Source: Polyangiaceae bacterium (GTDB lineage: Bacteria; Myxococcota_A; Polyangia; Polyangiales; Polyangiaceae). Taken from it: a stretch of 47,938 nt of DNA. The notes below the pieces were generated by a model. That model searched no databases. It was not told the origin of the DNA and worked only from the letters and a program-made list of their open reading frames with translations. Position numbers and translations under genes: made by a program. The stretch lies in NCBI GenBank assembly GCA_044376115.1, contig JBILLK010000044.1:1-47938 (forward strand). Direction: 5' to 3'. How positions within the stretch are numbered: position 1 is the stretch's first letter; each line of letters starts with the position of its first letter. Positions 1-8,913 of this stretch are shown here, in pieces.

Positions 1-152
1 CTCCGTAGACCTCCGTGGACTCCGTCCACTTCGTGGACTCTGTCCACTCCGGTTCACTTCGTGCCTTCGGCACTCCGTAGACCTCCGTGGACTCCGTCCA
101 CTTCGTGGACTCTGTCCACTCCGGTTCTGTTCATTCATCAACCTTCGGTTGA
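1..152. repeat. 72-bp-period tandem duplication built from short triloop hairpins (runs off the left edge)
   Basis: 1-55 is identical to 73-127. Arms GTGGAC/GTCCAC alternate, separated by TCC/TTC/TCT. GTGCC-TTC-GGCAC at 61-73 and TCAACC-TTC-GGTTGA at 138-152. Confidence 0.9.
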
Positions 153-221
153 ATGACTCGCGGCCGGTGGTTTGCCGTGGTCGTTGCCGGCCGCAACGAG
201 GCGGGCTAGCAATCCCCGGCC

Positions 222-1328
222 ATGACCAATCCGTTAACGTCTCTCGTGTGCATCCTGGCGTTCGCGACCGCCTGTGCGAGCGCGGCTGCGCCCGTTACGA
301 ACGCGCCGGCCGCGAAGGAGTGTGCCGATGTGCCGGCGCCGGCCGCTGAATCGAGCAATACTGACCCGGACATTCTGGCCCTGGCAGAGGCTGCCAAGAC
401 CTGCAAGTTCGAGAACTCGAGCTTCGACTGGAACTGCCCGGCCTACAAGGCGTTCACCAGCGAGAGCGACGATCTATTCGAGGGGCTCGACGGCAACTCC
501 ACCATCTTGGCCATGCTCGAGAACAGCGATGTGCGCATGCGCACCCTCGCCGCGGACAAAGGCTTCGTCACCGGTCGAGCGTTCTTTGCGCAGAAGTCCA
601 ACGCCGAGCGCTTGATCAAAGTGATCGCAAAGGAAGGCGAGCCGCGGGTGCTCAGTCGGCTGGGCCGTTTTGCGGCGTTCATCAACGCCGAGAAGCTCGG
701 CATGACCGAGCAGGTCATGGCCTTCACCGCGCACGGTAATAGCCAATTCCGCGACGCGGTCGCGAGCGCGATGTTGCCGCTGCAACCCACGGCCTTCTCG
801 CTCAAGTTCACGCAAAAGCTGTTGGATGACGCGGACCGTTCGGTGAAGCGTTCGGCTCTGCTGGCGCTCTCCGGCAACGGCCGTACGCGCGCCTCCGAGT
901 CCCTTTGTGCCGCGCTCAAGAGCCAGCTCACGCGCACCGATGATTTGGCGGCAGAGGCTCTCGAGGCTGGGTCGACCTCCAAGTGTGAAGGCATGCAAGA
1001 GGCGACGCTGACCGAGATCGAGAAGCGGGTGAAGGCGGCCCAGCCCGACACCAAGTTGGGAAACTTTCAGTCGGCGGTCTCCAGTGTTTGTTGGGGCTTC
1101 CGTACGCCGGAGGCGCTGAAGAAGCGCGCCTTCGACGTGGCGGTGAAGGTCGCTCCCAAGATCAGCGAGGAGTGGGAGCAGCGCTCCTTCATTCGGCTGT
1201 TCCGTATGTGTGATGTCAAGCGCGCCAAGGAGGCGCTCACGCCCTTCCTCAAGAGCTCCTACCCGGACACGGCGAAAGAGGTCAAAGAGGAGCTTGCTCG
1301 GGTCGAAGAAGAGCTCAAGTCGCAGTAG
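222..1328 (+). CDS. Hypothetical lipoprotein/exported protein with helical (HEAT/ARM-like) repeats
   Basis: 368-aa ORF with GC3-rich codons, hydrophobic N-terminus ending AFATAC, and HEAT-like segments (LENSDVRMRTLAA, LLDDADRSVKRSALLAL). Confidence 0.75.
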   Translation: MTNPLTSLVCILAFATACASAAAPVTNAPAAKECADVPAPAAESSNTDPDILALAEAAKTCKFENSSFDWNCPAYKAFTSESDDLFEGLDGNSTILAMLENSDVRMRTLAADKGFVTGRAFFAQKSNAERLIKVIAKEGEPRVLSRLGRFAAFINAEKLGMTEQVMAFTAHGNSQFRDAVASAMLPLQPTAFSLKFTQKLLDDADRSVKRSALLALSGNGRTRASESLCAALKSQLTRTDDLAAEALEAGSTSKCEGMQEATLTEIEKRVKAAQPDTKLGNFQSAVSSVCWGFRTPEALKKRAFDVAVKVAPKISEEWEQRSFIRLFRMCDVKRAKEALTPFLKSSYPDTAKEVKEELARVEEELKSQ

Positions 1329-1333
1329 TTCCC

Positions 1334-2536
1334 ATGTTTGCTCTGCTCAGCGCGGCTGCGACAGTGTTGGTGGTGGGCACGGCTGCTCGCTTTCGCGGGC
1401 GCTTCTACGCCACCTTCGCTGCCGTGCTGCTCACCATCCACTCGCTCGTGGCCTCGGCCATGGCTCACCACTTCAGCGCGATTCTGCCGCTCTACGGCTA
1501 TTTCCACGTGGTGGTGTACTTGCACTTCGCGGGCTTGGTATTCCCGAATTTGCGGCCGCTTTGGTACCGGCTGCTGATCAGCATCCCTGGCTCCTTCTTC
1601 GCCGCGGCGACCTTCTTGGCTTGGCCGTGGGCCATCGCCAGCGCGTTCGGCTTGGGTGAAGTGACCTTCCCCGTGCCCTACGTGGTGGCGATCTTGGGCC
1701 TGTTCGGCAGCACGTTGTTACGCCGAAAAGAGGTGGTTCGGCTATGGCTCGACGGTGCACCGCTAGCGCAGCTCGGCCGCGCGAAGAGCGCGCCGTTGCC
1801 CGAGGGGACTCGTCCGCTGCGCATCGTACAAATCACGGATCCTCATCTCGGCACCTTTATGACCGAGGCTGCCTTGCGGCGCATCTCGGAGGACGCCGTC
1901 GCAGCGGATCCGGACCTGGTGCTGCTCACTGGGGACTTCCTCACCATGGAGTCGCATCGTGCGCTGGAGGTGATGACGCGCGCGTTCGCGCCGCTGGCGG
2001 CGCTAAAAGGGCGCGTGTTCGCATGCATGGGCAACCACGATCACGAGGCGCCGGACACCGTGCTTCGTTCGCTCTTGAACGTGGGCGCGACGATGTTGAT
2101 CGATGAAGCGCGCACGGTCTCGACCCGTTGGGGCCAGCTTCAAATCGTCGGGCTGGATTTCCACTTCCGCGAGCGTCGCGAGAAGATTCAACAGGCGCTC
2201 CGCCTCAACCCCCGCAAAGAGGGGCTACCGCGCTTGGTCATGCTGCATGACCCCGGCGCCTTCGTTCATATCCCCGATGGCGACGCAGATTTGGTCTTCT
2301 CCGGGCATACCCACGGCGGCCAACTCGGCCTCGTGAACCTGGGCTTGCCGGGCACCTTCGTCAGCCTGTTCACCAAGATTCCCGACCACGGCTTTTGGGG
2401 CCTCGGTAAGAACCGGCTGTATGTGCACCGCGGCACCGGGCACTACGGCTTTCCGATTCGCGTTGGCGTGCCGCCCGAAGAATCGGTGCTCGAGGTTGGC
2501 TTTGCCGCTGCGCCGGCCTCAGCGACGTCTGGTTGA
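1334..2536 (+). CDS. Membrane-anchored metallophosphoesterase (YkuE/YaeI-like)
   Basis: N-terminal TM helices plus calcineurin-like motifs DPH, GDF, GNHD, H(DP) and GHTHGGQ. Confidence 0.9.
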   Translation: MFALLSAAATVLVVGTAARFRGRFYATFAAVLLTIHSLVASAMAHHFSAILPLYGYFHVVVYLHFAGLVFPNLRPLWYRLLISIPGSFFAAATFLAWPWAIASAFGLGEVTFPVPYVVAILGLFGSTLLRRKEVVRLWLDGAPLAQLGRAKSAPLPEGTRPLRIVQITDPHLGTFMTEAALRRISEDAVAADPDLVLLTGDFLTMESHRALEVMTRAFAPLAALKGRVFACMGNHDHEAPDTVLRSLLNVGATMLIDEARTVSTRWGQLQIVGLDFHFRERREKIQQALRLNPRKEGLPRLVMLHDPGAFVHIPDGDADLVFSGHTHGGQLGLVNLGLPGTFVSLFTKIPDHGFWGLGKNRLYVHRGTGHYGFPIRVGVPPEESVLEVGFAAAPASATSG

Positions 2537-3043
2537 CTCCTCGAAGTGAACGCCGCCCATGACCATGGGCTCGGGAAGCGGTTCCGCCGTTTTTGCCAGC
2601 TCGCTCAGTTTGTCCCACAAGGACGGGCCGGACGCAGGCTTGGGTGAGGCGCAGCTGGGTTTGGCGCTGAGCTCCGCCGCGTGGGTCTGCGCTTTGGGTT
2701 GGTCGGCGTAGGCGCGGTGCCTTAGCACCAGCGCCGAGGCGGCCAACAAGCCTCCCGCGAGCGCCGTTGCTACGCGCACCGTACGCCTCTGGCTTCGTGC
2801 GCCCACCGGACAATCATTCGTGACCACGGTCCCGTCGGCGCGCCGAGCCATGCGCACGCAGGCCTCGCCCTTCTCGAGCAACAGCGCCACGCTCTCTTCC
2901 CGGCTCATTTCGCTTAGGTTGTAGACGTACTTCTCGCAACGGCCGCAAAAGCGCACCCGCTCATCGCCTTGCATCTGCGCCCAATCGGCTTTGCAAGGGG
3001 AGGCGATTTGGAGGTCGTCGAGGAAGCTTGGCGAGCTGGGCAT
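2519..3043 (-). CDS. Hypothetical protein with Cys-rich N-terminal motif and one TM helix
   Basis: ATG at 3043 gives MPSSPSFLDDLQIASPCKADWAQMQGDERVRFCGRCEKYVYNLS, followed by a hydrophobic segment. The upstream extension in the ORF track looks non-coding. Confidence 0.75.
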   Translation of the reverse strand: MPSSPSFLDDLQIASPCKADWAQMQGDERVRFCGRCEKYVYNLSEMSREESVALLLEKGEACVRMARRADGTVVTNDCPVGARSQRRTVRVATALAGGLLAASALVLRHRAYADQPKAQTHAAELSAKPSCASPKPASGPSLWDKLSELAKTAEPLPEPMVMGGVHFEESTRRR

Positions 3044-3167
3044 GGTGCTTGGGACGCGGCTCGTTCGAGAAAGTTCTACGGCGCGCGAAGGTTCTCGTGC
3101 GCGGCGCGGTTGCCATTGCCAGAACCCTTTGCTTCGAGCACCCTCGCACCATGTTGCGAGAGGTCGC

Positions 3168-4307
3168 GTGAGCTCTTTACCGCCGGATGACAGCCTGTTT
3201 GACGCAGGGTTGAAGGTCTTCGTCGAGGAACGCAAAGCCTTGGCCAAAGCGCTGCGCGCGCGCGGTGACAAAGCGGGCGCCAAAGCCGTAGAGGCGCTCG
3301 GGAAGCCCACGCCCTCGGCCTGGGCGCTCAACCAAGTTGCACGCCAACAGGCTGAACTGCTTGAGCGCTATCTCACGACGCAAGACGCTGAGGCGGCCAC
3401 CCAGATCGAGGCGGGAGGCCGCGAAGCGCTATTTGCCGCAAAGGACGCGCATCGGCGTGCCCAGCGTGCCGTGATTGAGGCTGCCACCGCGCGTCTGATC
3501 GCGGACGGTACCAACGTCACGCGCGCGCTCGCGGACCGGCTTTCGCAAACGTTGCAAGCCGCGGCGATGGATCCAGCGGGGCGCACTCGGTTGCGAGCGG
3601 GTCGCTTGGTCGAGGATCTGGACGCAGCGGACTTCTCGACCTTGGCGCTGCTAGCGGCGAGTCAGGGCCTGCAGGTTGAAGCTCGCGAGCGTCCAGCGGA
3701 GCCGCCTGCGGCATCGCCTGCAGCACCGCCCGCTGCACCTGCGGTTGCTGCACCGAGGTTGGTCGCCGTGCCCACGCCCACGCCTGCGCCCGTGCCATCG
3801 CCTGCGCCCGTGCCATCGCCTGCGCCCGTGCCATCGCCTGTGCCCGTGGCTGAGACTCCGCGGCCTCCGCTCGAACCCACCGCCGCCGAGGTTCAGGCCG
3901 CGGTCGAGGCCCAGCGCCTAACGCAAGCCAAGCTGCAGGCCCAACGCGCAGCCGAGCAGCGCGCGCAAGCCGCCCGGGAAGAGGCCGAGCGCGAGGAGCA
4001 ACAGCGCCTCGAGGAAGATCGCATCCTCGAGCAAGCCCGCATGATCGCTGAGAACCGTCGGCTCGAGAAGGAGCGTCGTGAGGCCGCTCGCCTTGCGCAG
4101 GCCGAGCAGGCTTTGGCGGCGGTCGCTGAGAAGCGCGCGGAGGTCGCGCAGGCGCAGCAAGCCGTGGAGCAGGCCGTCAAGCTCTTGGACCTCGCGAAGC
4201 TGCAGCACGAACAGGCTCGTGAGCACCTTGAACAATGCCAGGCCGAGCTGCTGGTGGCCGAGGACGCCCATCGCGAGCTCGTGGGCGGAGCGGCCAACGA
4301 CGGCTAG
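3168..4307 (+). CDS. Hypothetical coiled-coil protein with Pro/Ala linker
   Basis: GTG at 3168 after GAGAGG. N-terminal 'FVEERKALAKALR...KPTPSAWALNQ' domain, then a Pro-rich linker and an E/A/Q/R-rich coiled coil. Confidence 0.75.
   Translation: MSSLPPDDSLFDAGLKVFVEERKALAKALRARGDKAGAKAVEALGKPTPSAWALNQVARQQAELLERYLTTQDAEAATQIEAGGREALFAAKDAHRRAQRAVIEAATARLIADGTNVTRALADRLSQTLQAAAMDPAGRTRLRAGRLVEDLDAADFSTLALLAASQGLQVEARERPAEPPAASPAAPPAAPAVAAPRLVAVPTPTPAPVPSPAPVPSPAPVPSPVPVAETPRPPLEPTAAEVQAAVEAQRLTQAKLQAQRAAEQRAQAAREEAEREEQQRLEEDRILEQARMIAENRRLEKERREAARLAQAEQALAAVAEKRAEVAQAQQAVEQAVKLLDLAKLQHEQAREHLEQCQAELLVAEDAHRELVGGAANDG
3781..3848 (+). repeat. 18-bp coding tandem repeat (PAPVPS x ~3.7)
   Basis: CGCCTGCGCCCGTGCCAT at 3781, 3799 and 3817, plus a partial copy at 3835. 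Confidence 0.9.
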
Positions 4308-4411
4308 CGAAGTTCACTCGACGACTCGCTGGGACTTTCGAGCGGACGTTGTTCGACCTGGCTCGGACGTTTCCTCGGCCGGCTGCGGCATGCTTCGGCT
4401 AGGTCCTTGGG

Positions 4412-4708
4412 ATGGCCTTCGGAAGAAACCCGTACGTAGTGAAAGCCCAAGCCGCCGAACTCAAAGCCGAGGAGGCGCTCGACGACATGGCGCGTAAACA
4501 GGCGTATCGAGACGCCGCTCACCTTTGGGAGCGCGCTGCGGACCGTGAGAAGCCCGGCAAACACCGGGACGCCTATCAAGCGAACGCGACGAAGAACCGC
4601 GCGCTCGCCGAGGAGGAGCGCCCCGTCGCACGTGAAGAGACCATCCAAGAGCTCGGCGCGCGCATCGCCGCGCTCACGACCCGCAGTGGCACGAAGGAAT
4701 GGAACTGA
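4412..4708 (+). CDS. Small hypothetical helical protein
   Basis: 98-aa ATG ORF filling the intergenic gap with plausible codon usage (MAFGRNPYVVKAQAAE...). Confidence 0.7.
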   Translation: MAFGRNPYVVKAQAAELKAEEALDDMARKQAYRDAAHLWERAADREKPGKHRDAYQANATKNRALAEEERPVAREETIQELGARIAALTTRSGTKEWN

Positions 4709-4842
4709 GCTCGCTCGTCCTCGAGCCACGACTCCCGTCACACCGCCTCTCGCTTGGTGACCCGCGCCTCGCCTCCACCTCGCGCGGAGACTGAGCGCCG
4801 CTCCCCGGCGGCGCATCCCCCTCGGCGCTCCTCCCGCGGCAT

Positions 4843-5658
4843 TCAGCCACCGGCTTCGGCGCGCTTGCGCCGCGCGGCTTTGCGCGCTTTGCGCATCCTT
4901 GCGATCTCTCGCCGCGCTTCTGCGGCCTCGGCGAAGTGTTCGGAGGCGCGGTGGATCTCCCCCGCCAGATAGCCGCCACAGCCCTCGCAGCTTTCCGCGA
5001 GGGGCGGTAGCGGCTTGCGGCACGAAGGCTCCGAGCACACGTCGCGGTTGAGCGACTTGCCGATCACGAAGCCGAGCGCGGCCGCAGGCAGCACCAGGAT
5101 CGGCGCAAAGCCGCTGGCCAATACAAACCCCGCTCCCACCATGAAGCCCATGAAGGCGCCCATCCCCGGTGCGCTGCGCTTGAGCCGAAAGACCGGCCGA
5201 GGATCTCCGGGCTTGAGCACCGTCGGCCGCTTGGGGCCCTCCTTCGGATCATCCCAACGGTGGCCACATTTATAGCACGTCCAGCGCTTCGGACCGAAGC
5301 GCAAGATCGCCGCGACGAACACTCCCAGCTCGGTGGCGCCGGGTGCGACGCCGCGCACGCTCGGTGTCTCGAAGAAGCAATACGCGAGCTCGCAGCGCGG
5401 ACAGCGGACCTCGCCCTCATCACCGTCCGTGTCGACCTCCGTGCGCTCATTGGCCAGGGCGCGCAGCAACGTTCTCGCCTGCAGCTCGTCCTTCTCCGCG
5501 ACCTGCAGGCGAATGCCGCCGCTCACGCCGATCAGCGTGGGATCGAAGTTGGAGGTCTCCACCACGGCCACCCGAATGCCGTGCTCCTCCAAGTGAAGCC
5601 GCGCGAACTGCACGTCCAATGGATCGAGGTAGCTGCCGACCGTCACCAAGTCGCTCAT
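4843..5658 (-). CDS. DUF2007-like domain protein with zinc-ribbon motifs and TM hairpin
   Basis: N-terminus MSDLVTVGSYLDPLDVQFARLHLEEHGI...GGIRLQVAEKD, then CPRC/CYKC and CSEPSC/CEGC Cys pairs around a TM hairpin. Confidence 0.7.
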   Translation of the reverse strand: MSDLVTVGSYLDPLDVQFARLHLEEHGIRVAVVETSNFDPTLIGVSGGIRLQVAEKDELQARTLLRALANERTEVDTDGDEGEVRCPRCELAYCFFETPSVRGVAPGATELGVFVAAILRFGPKRWTCYKCGHRWDDPKEGPKRPTVLKPGDPRPVFRLKRSAPGMGAFMGFMVGAGFVLASGFAPILVLPAAALGFVIGKSLNRDVCSEPSCRKPLPPLAESCEGCGGYLAGEIHRASEHFAEAAEARREIARMRKARKAARRKRAEAGG

Positions 5659-5695
5659 TGGGGCTGCCCCCGGCGCGCGGTTGCGGTGCTTGCGT

Positions 5696-7006
5696 TCACG
5701 GCGAATAGCGCGAAAATTCGCTCTTCATCAGCAACACCACGTACGGGTTCCATGTCGAAACAACGTAGCTGAGCTCCAGCGTCGAAGGACCCACCTTTGT
5801 GAAGCGTTGGATCGCATACGGGGCGTACAGGCCGCCGCTCACGGCCTCCGGCGCTTTGCCCTTGGCGATCACCGGACCGGCCATACTGGCGGGGGAGGCA
5901 CCGGGTTTGTAGCGCAGTCGGTCCAGCTCCGGTGCGCCTCCCTCGAGCAGCGAGGTGGGCTCACTCCACGGCCCCCACGGGGTAGCCGACGTGCGCAGGA
6001 AGATCCCTTGCGGGCTGCGGGAGTCGTACAGCATCGCAAACAGTCCGAGCTCCTCGATCCAAGTAACCGAGAGGTCTCCGAGCGTCGACTCGTCCACGAG
6101 GGCAGCGGCCTGCGACTCAGCCGGTGAGAACACAGGCTGTCCGTCGCGCATGCCCGACCAATATCGCGTCCCTTCACCCGACTCGAAGTTGCTCGCGGGA
6201 ACCACCGCCAGATAGGCAGCACTCTTGCGGTAACGGCCGGTGCCCCACATCAGCACATGGCCGCCCGCCGCTAGACCGGGGAACTCGCGCGGGGCGAGCA
6301 TCAGCGAGAGCTTCGAGAAGCGGCCTTCGGGCAGCCTCGAGATCTCACGCACACGCTCGAAGCGCGCGGGCTTCTGCGCGAAGCGGGTGAGCACCGAGAT
6401 GTCGGTAGGCGCATCTTCGTCGCGGGCGTGATTGGTCTTGCACACGAGGTACATCGTCCCGTTCAAGCTCAGCCCGCTGACCGGCACCTCGAAGCCGCCC
6501 ATCTTCTCGCCGACGGGGTGGACGCGCAGGTAGCGACCGTCCTCGGCCGTGAGGAAGTCGAGCGCGAAATCAGCGCTGCTTCGCGAGGTCGTTCGGCCAA
6601 GCACGTCGCCGCCGTTCGGGATCGTGTCGCCAAACAGGAAGTAGGCCGCGCCTTCGTGCTCGAAGGAGTAACCAAGATCCGTCCCCGTGATGCCAAAGCG
6701 ACGCTCGGTTTGTTGGCGAGTTGCAGCGCCGTTCGCCTTGTCGGTGTCGCCGATCAGCTGCTCGATTTTCGTCGTGGCGATGAGTTTGAGCGGCTTCGGC
6801 TTGGCCGCGGGCTGGCCTTCGGCGCGGTCGGCGTTGGCGGTCGCGCTCTGGGCTTGCTTCTTCGTACGCGGTGCTCGCTCGCCGGACGAGGCCGTTCGGC
6901 GCGTGCTGGCGTCGCCCTTGGTGGTTGGCTCCGACGAGCAACTCAGTGCGGTCAGCAGCATCGTGATTAACGCTGCTCGTGCGCTGGTCCGCACCACCCG
7001 CCTCAC
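5696..7006 (-). CDS. DUF4185 family lipoprotein (putative glycoside hydrolase)
   Basis: Lipobox LTALSC. Motifs FGITGTDLG, FLFGDT, PWGPWSEP, GGLYAPY and VSTWNPYVVLLM are typical of DUF4185. Confidence 0.8.
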   Translation of the reverse strand: MRRVVRTSARAALITMLLTALSCSSEPTTKGDASTRRTASSGERAPRTKKQAQSATANADRAEGQPAAKPKPLKLIATTKIEQLIGDTDKANGAATRQQTERRFGITGTDLGYSFEHEGAAYFLFGDTIPNGGDVLGRTTSRSSADFALDFLTAEDGRYLRVHPVGEKMGGFEVPVSGLSLNGTMYLVCKTNHARDEDAPTDISVLTRFAQKPARFERVREISRLPEGRFSKLSLMLAPREFPGLAAGGHVLMWGTGRYRKSAAYLAVVPASNFESGEGTRYWSGMRDGQPVFSPAESQAAALVDESTLGDLSVTWIEELGLFAMLYDSRSPQGIFLRTSATPWGPWSEPTSLLEGGAPELDRLRYKPGASPASMAGPVIAKGKAPEAVSGGLYAPYAIQRFTKVGPSTLELSYVVSTWNPYVVLLMKSEFSRYSP

Positions 7007-8763
7007 GGACCCTTCATCGCGCTCAGCTTCTGCTTTTGCTCCGCTACGACCGCGTCCACCGTCTTGGCGTCATAGCCCTTCTCGGCTAGCTCCTTCTTCT
7101 TGAGACCCAAGAGGTTGTCGAGCTCGTGCGGATCTTTCTCGAGATCGTAGAGCTCGCGTACGACGTCGCCTTTGGCCCGCTCAGGCACCTTGCGCTCGAC
7201 GTCTTCGTAGTGTTCGACGTACTTCCATTTCTTCCCGCGCACGCCCGCGGTGGTGGGTGGGTGAGCCTTCTTGCCGGTGCCCCAACACTCGATCAGGATC
7301 TCCTCGCGAAGTTGAGCGCCCTTGCCGTTGATCAGCCCGGCGAAGCTCCGGCCGTCGAGCGGCTTGTCGGGTTGGAACTTGAAGCCGAGCAGATCGGCGA
7401 AGGTCGGCGCCACGTCCACGTTCATCACGAAGGCAGGCTCTTTGCGGCCGCCGCCTGGGAAGCGAGGATCGTAGATGATCAGCGGGACTTTGATGCACTC
7501 GTCGTACACGCAGTTCTTGCCCTTGTAGCCGTGATCGCCCCAGGCAAAGCCGTTGTCCCCGGCGTACACGATGATGGTGTTCTTCTCGATGCCGAGCTGT
7601 TTGAGCTTCTGCGTCATCTTCTCGAGCCCGTCTTCCACCGCTAAGACCGAGATCAGTTGTTTGCGCCGCAGCTCATCGAAGACGCGTTCTTCGTTGTCTT
7701 TGGAGACCTGCTTCACCCAACGCGGTTTGTCGCTGACGTCCTGCTCCATGAAGCTCGCGGGGCGGTCTTTCCAGTCATAGAGCGAGCAGCCGGAGATACG
7801 CGTGAGCGCCTGATCGGTGAAGGAGCTGCTCTTGGCATCCGGCTGATAACGCTTGGGGGAGGTATACGGTCCGTGCGGCGCTTTGGGCGCGTAATAGAGG
7901 AAGAACGGTTCCTTCGCCGCAGTGGCCGCTTCGATCACCGTGAGCGCGCGCTCGGTGAGGACGTCGGTCGAATAGTTCTCGTCCTCAGCGGCCGTTTCAT
8001 CCGCGCCTTTCGCGCAGTCGGGCGGGCCTTTGCCGAGCCCTTTGCCCGGGCCGTTCGTCGGGTAGCAACGGGTGACAGCGCGCGCGGCTCCCTTCGGCTT
8101 TTCGACCAGTTGGAAGTCGAAGTACTCGGCGTGCGGAAAGACGTACCAATCGTCCCAGTGCGGCGGCACGTAGCCGGGTTGCTTCTCGAGCAGCTCGTCG
8201 TAGGCGTTGAGGTACTTGCCAATCAGCGCCGTGCGATAGCCGGCCTCACGGAAGTAACGCGCGATCACCCGCTGCTCGTTGTTGTTCTTGTTGAAGTCGA
8301 AGACGCCGGGCGTCTTCTCTTCGTCATCGGCCTCGAGGTCGCCGTTGTGAAGCACGCCGTGGCTATGCGCGTAGAGGCCGGTGAGCAAGCTCGAGCGCGC
8401 CGGGCAACACAGCGGGGTAGGGGAGAAGGCGTTCTCGAACTCGACGCCTTGCTTCGTCACGAGCTCGCGCAGCTTGGGCATGCAGCTGGCGGCAGCGGCG
8501 CGCTGATCATCGACCAAGATCACGATCACGTTGGGATGAGCGCCGTCGCTGGTCGAGGCCTTGGGCGGCCCGGGATCCGAGGCGGGGGCCGGGGCAGCGC
8601 TCGCTTGCGCGCTGGCGCTCTTGCCCTGTTTGCGCTGGCCGCGCTTGGAGGCTGAATCCGCCGTGTCCTGCTCACTCGGGGCTTTGTCTTCGCAGGCCGT
8701 GGTCGCTAGCAGAAGGCTTAGGATGGCCGTGGACAAGCGTACTGAACGTTGATCCAAGAGCAT
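7003..8763 (-). CDS. Formylglycine-dependent sulfatase lipoprotein (GlcNAc-6-sulfatase-like)
   Basis: PNVIVILVDD, CCPARSSLLTG, GYRTALIGKYLN, GDNG, ELYDLEKDPHELDN. Lipobox LATTAC. Its stop overlaps the DUF4185 start (GTGA). Confidence 0.92.
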   Translation of the reverse strand: MLLDQRSVRLSTAILSLLLATTACEDKAPSEQDTADSASKRGQRKQGKSASAQASAAPAPASDPGPPKASTSDGAHPNVIVILVDDQRAAAASCMPKLRELVTKQGVEFENAFSPTPLCCPARSSLLTGLYAHSHGVLHNGDLEADDEEKTPGVFDFNKNNNEQRVIARYFREAGYRTALIGKYLNAYDELLEKQPGYVPPHWDDWYVFPHAEYFDFQLVEKPKGAARAVTRCYPTNGPGKGLGKGPPDCAKGADETAAEDENYSTDVLTERALTVIEAATAAKEPFFLYYAPKAPHGPYTSPKRYQPDAKSSSFTDQALTRISGCSLYDWKDRPASFMEQDVSDKPRWVKQVSKDNEERVFDELRRKQLISVLAVEDGLEKMTQKLKQLGIEKNTIIVYAGDNGFAWGDHGYKGKNCVYDECIKVPLIIYDPRFPGGGRKEPAFVMNVDVAPTFADLLGFKFQPDKPLDGRSFAGLINGKGAQLREEILIECWGTGKKAHPPTTAGVRGKKWKYVEHYEDVERKVPERAKGDVVRELYDLEKDPHELDNLLGLKKKELAEKGYDAKTVDAVVAEQKQKLSAMKGP

Positions 8764-8913
8764 CGCGCGAAGGTACAAACTCCGCGTTGCGAAAGACACC
8801 AGCATGCGACGCCTGAGTTACAACCTGAAGGTGCTGGTGTAGGAGCGGTTCTGGCCCTTGTCGAGCGCCGCTTCGCGTGCGACTGTCCCGCCCAACATGA
8901 GGAGACGCGTTCG

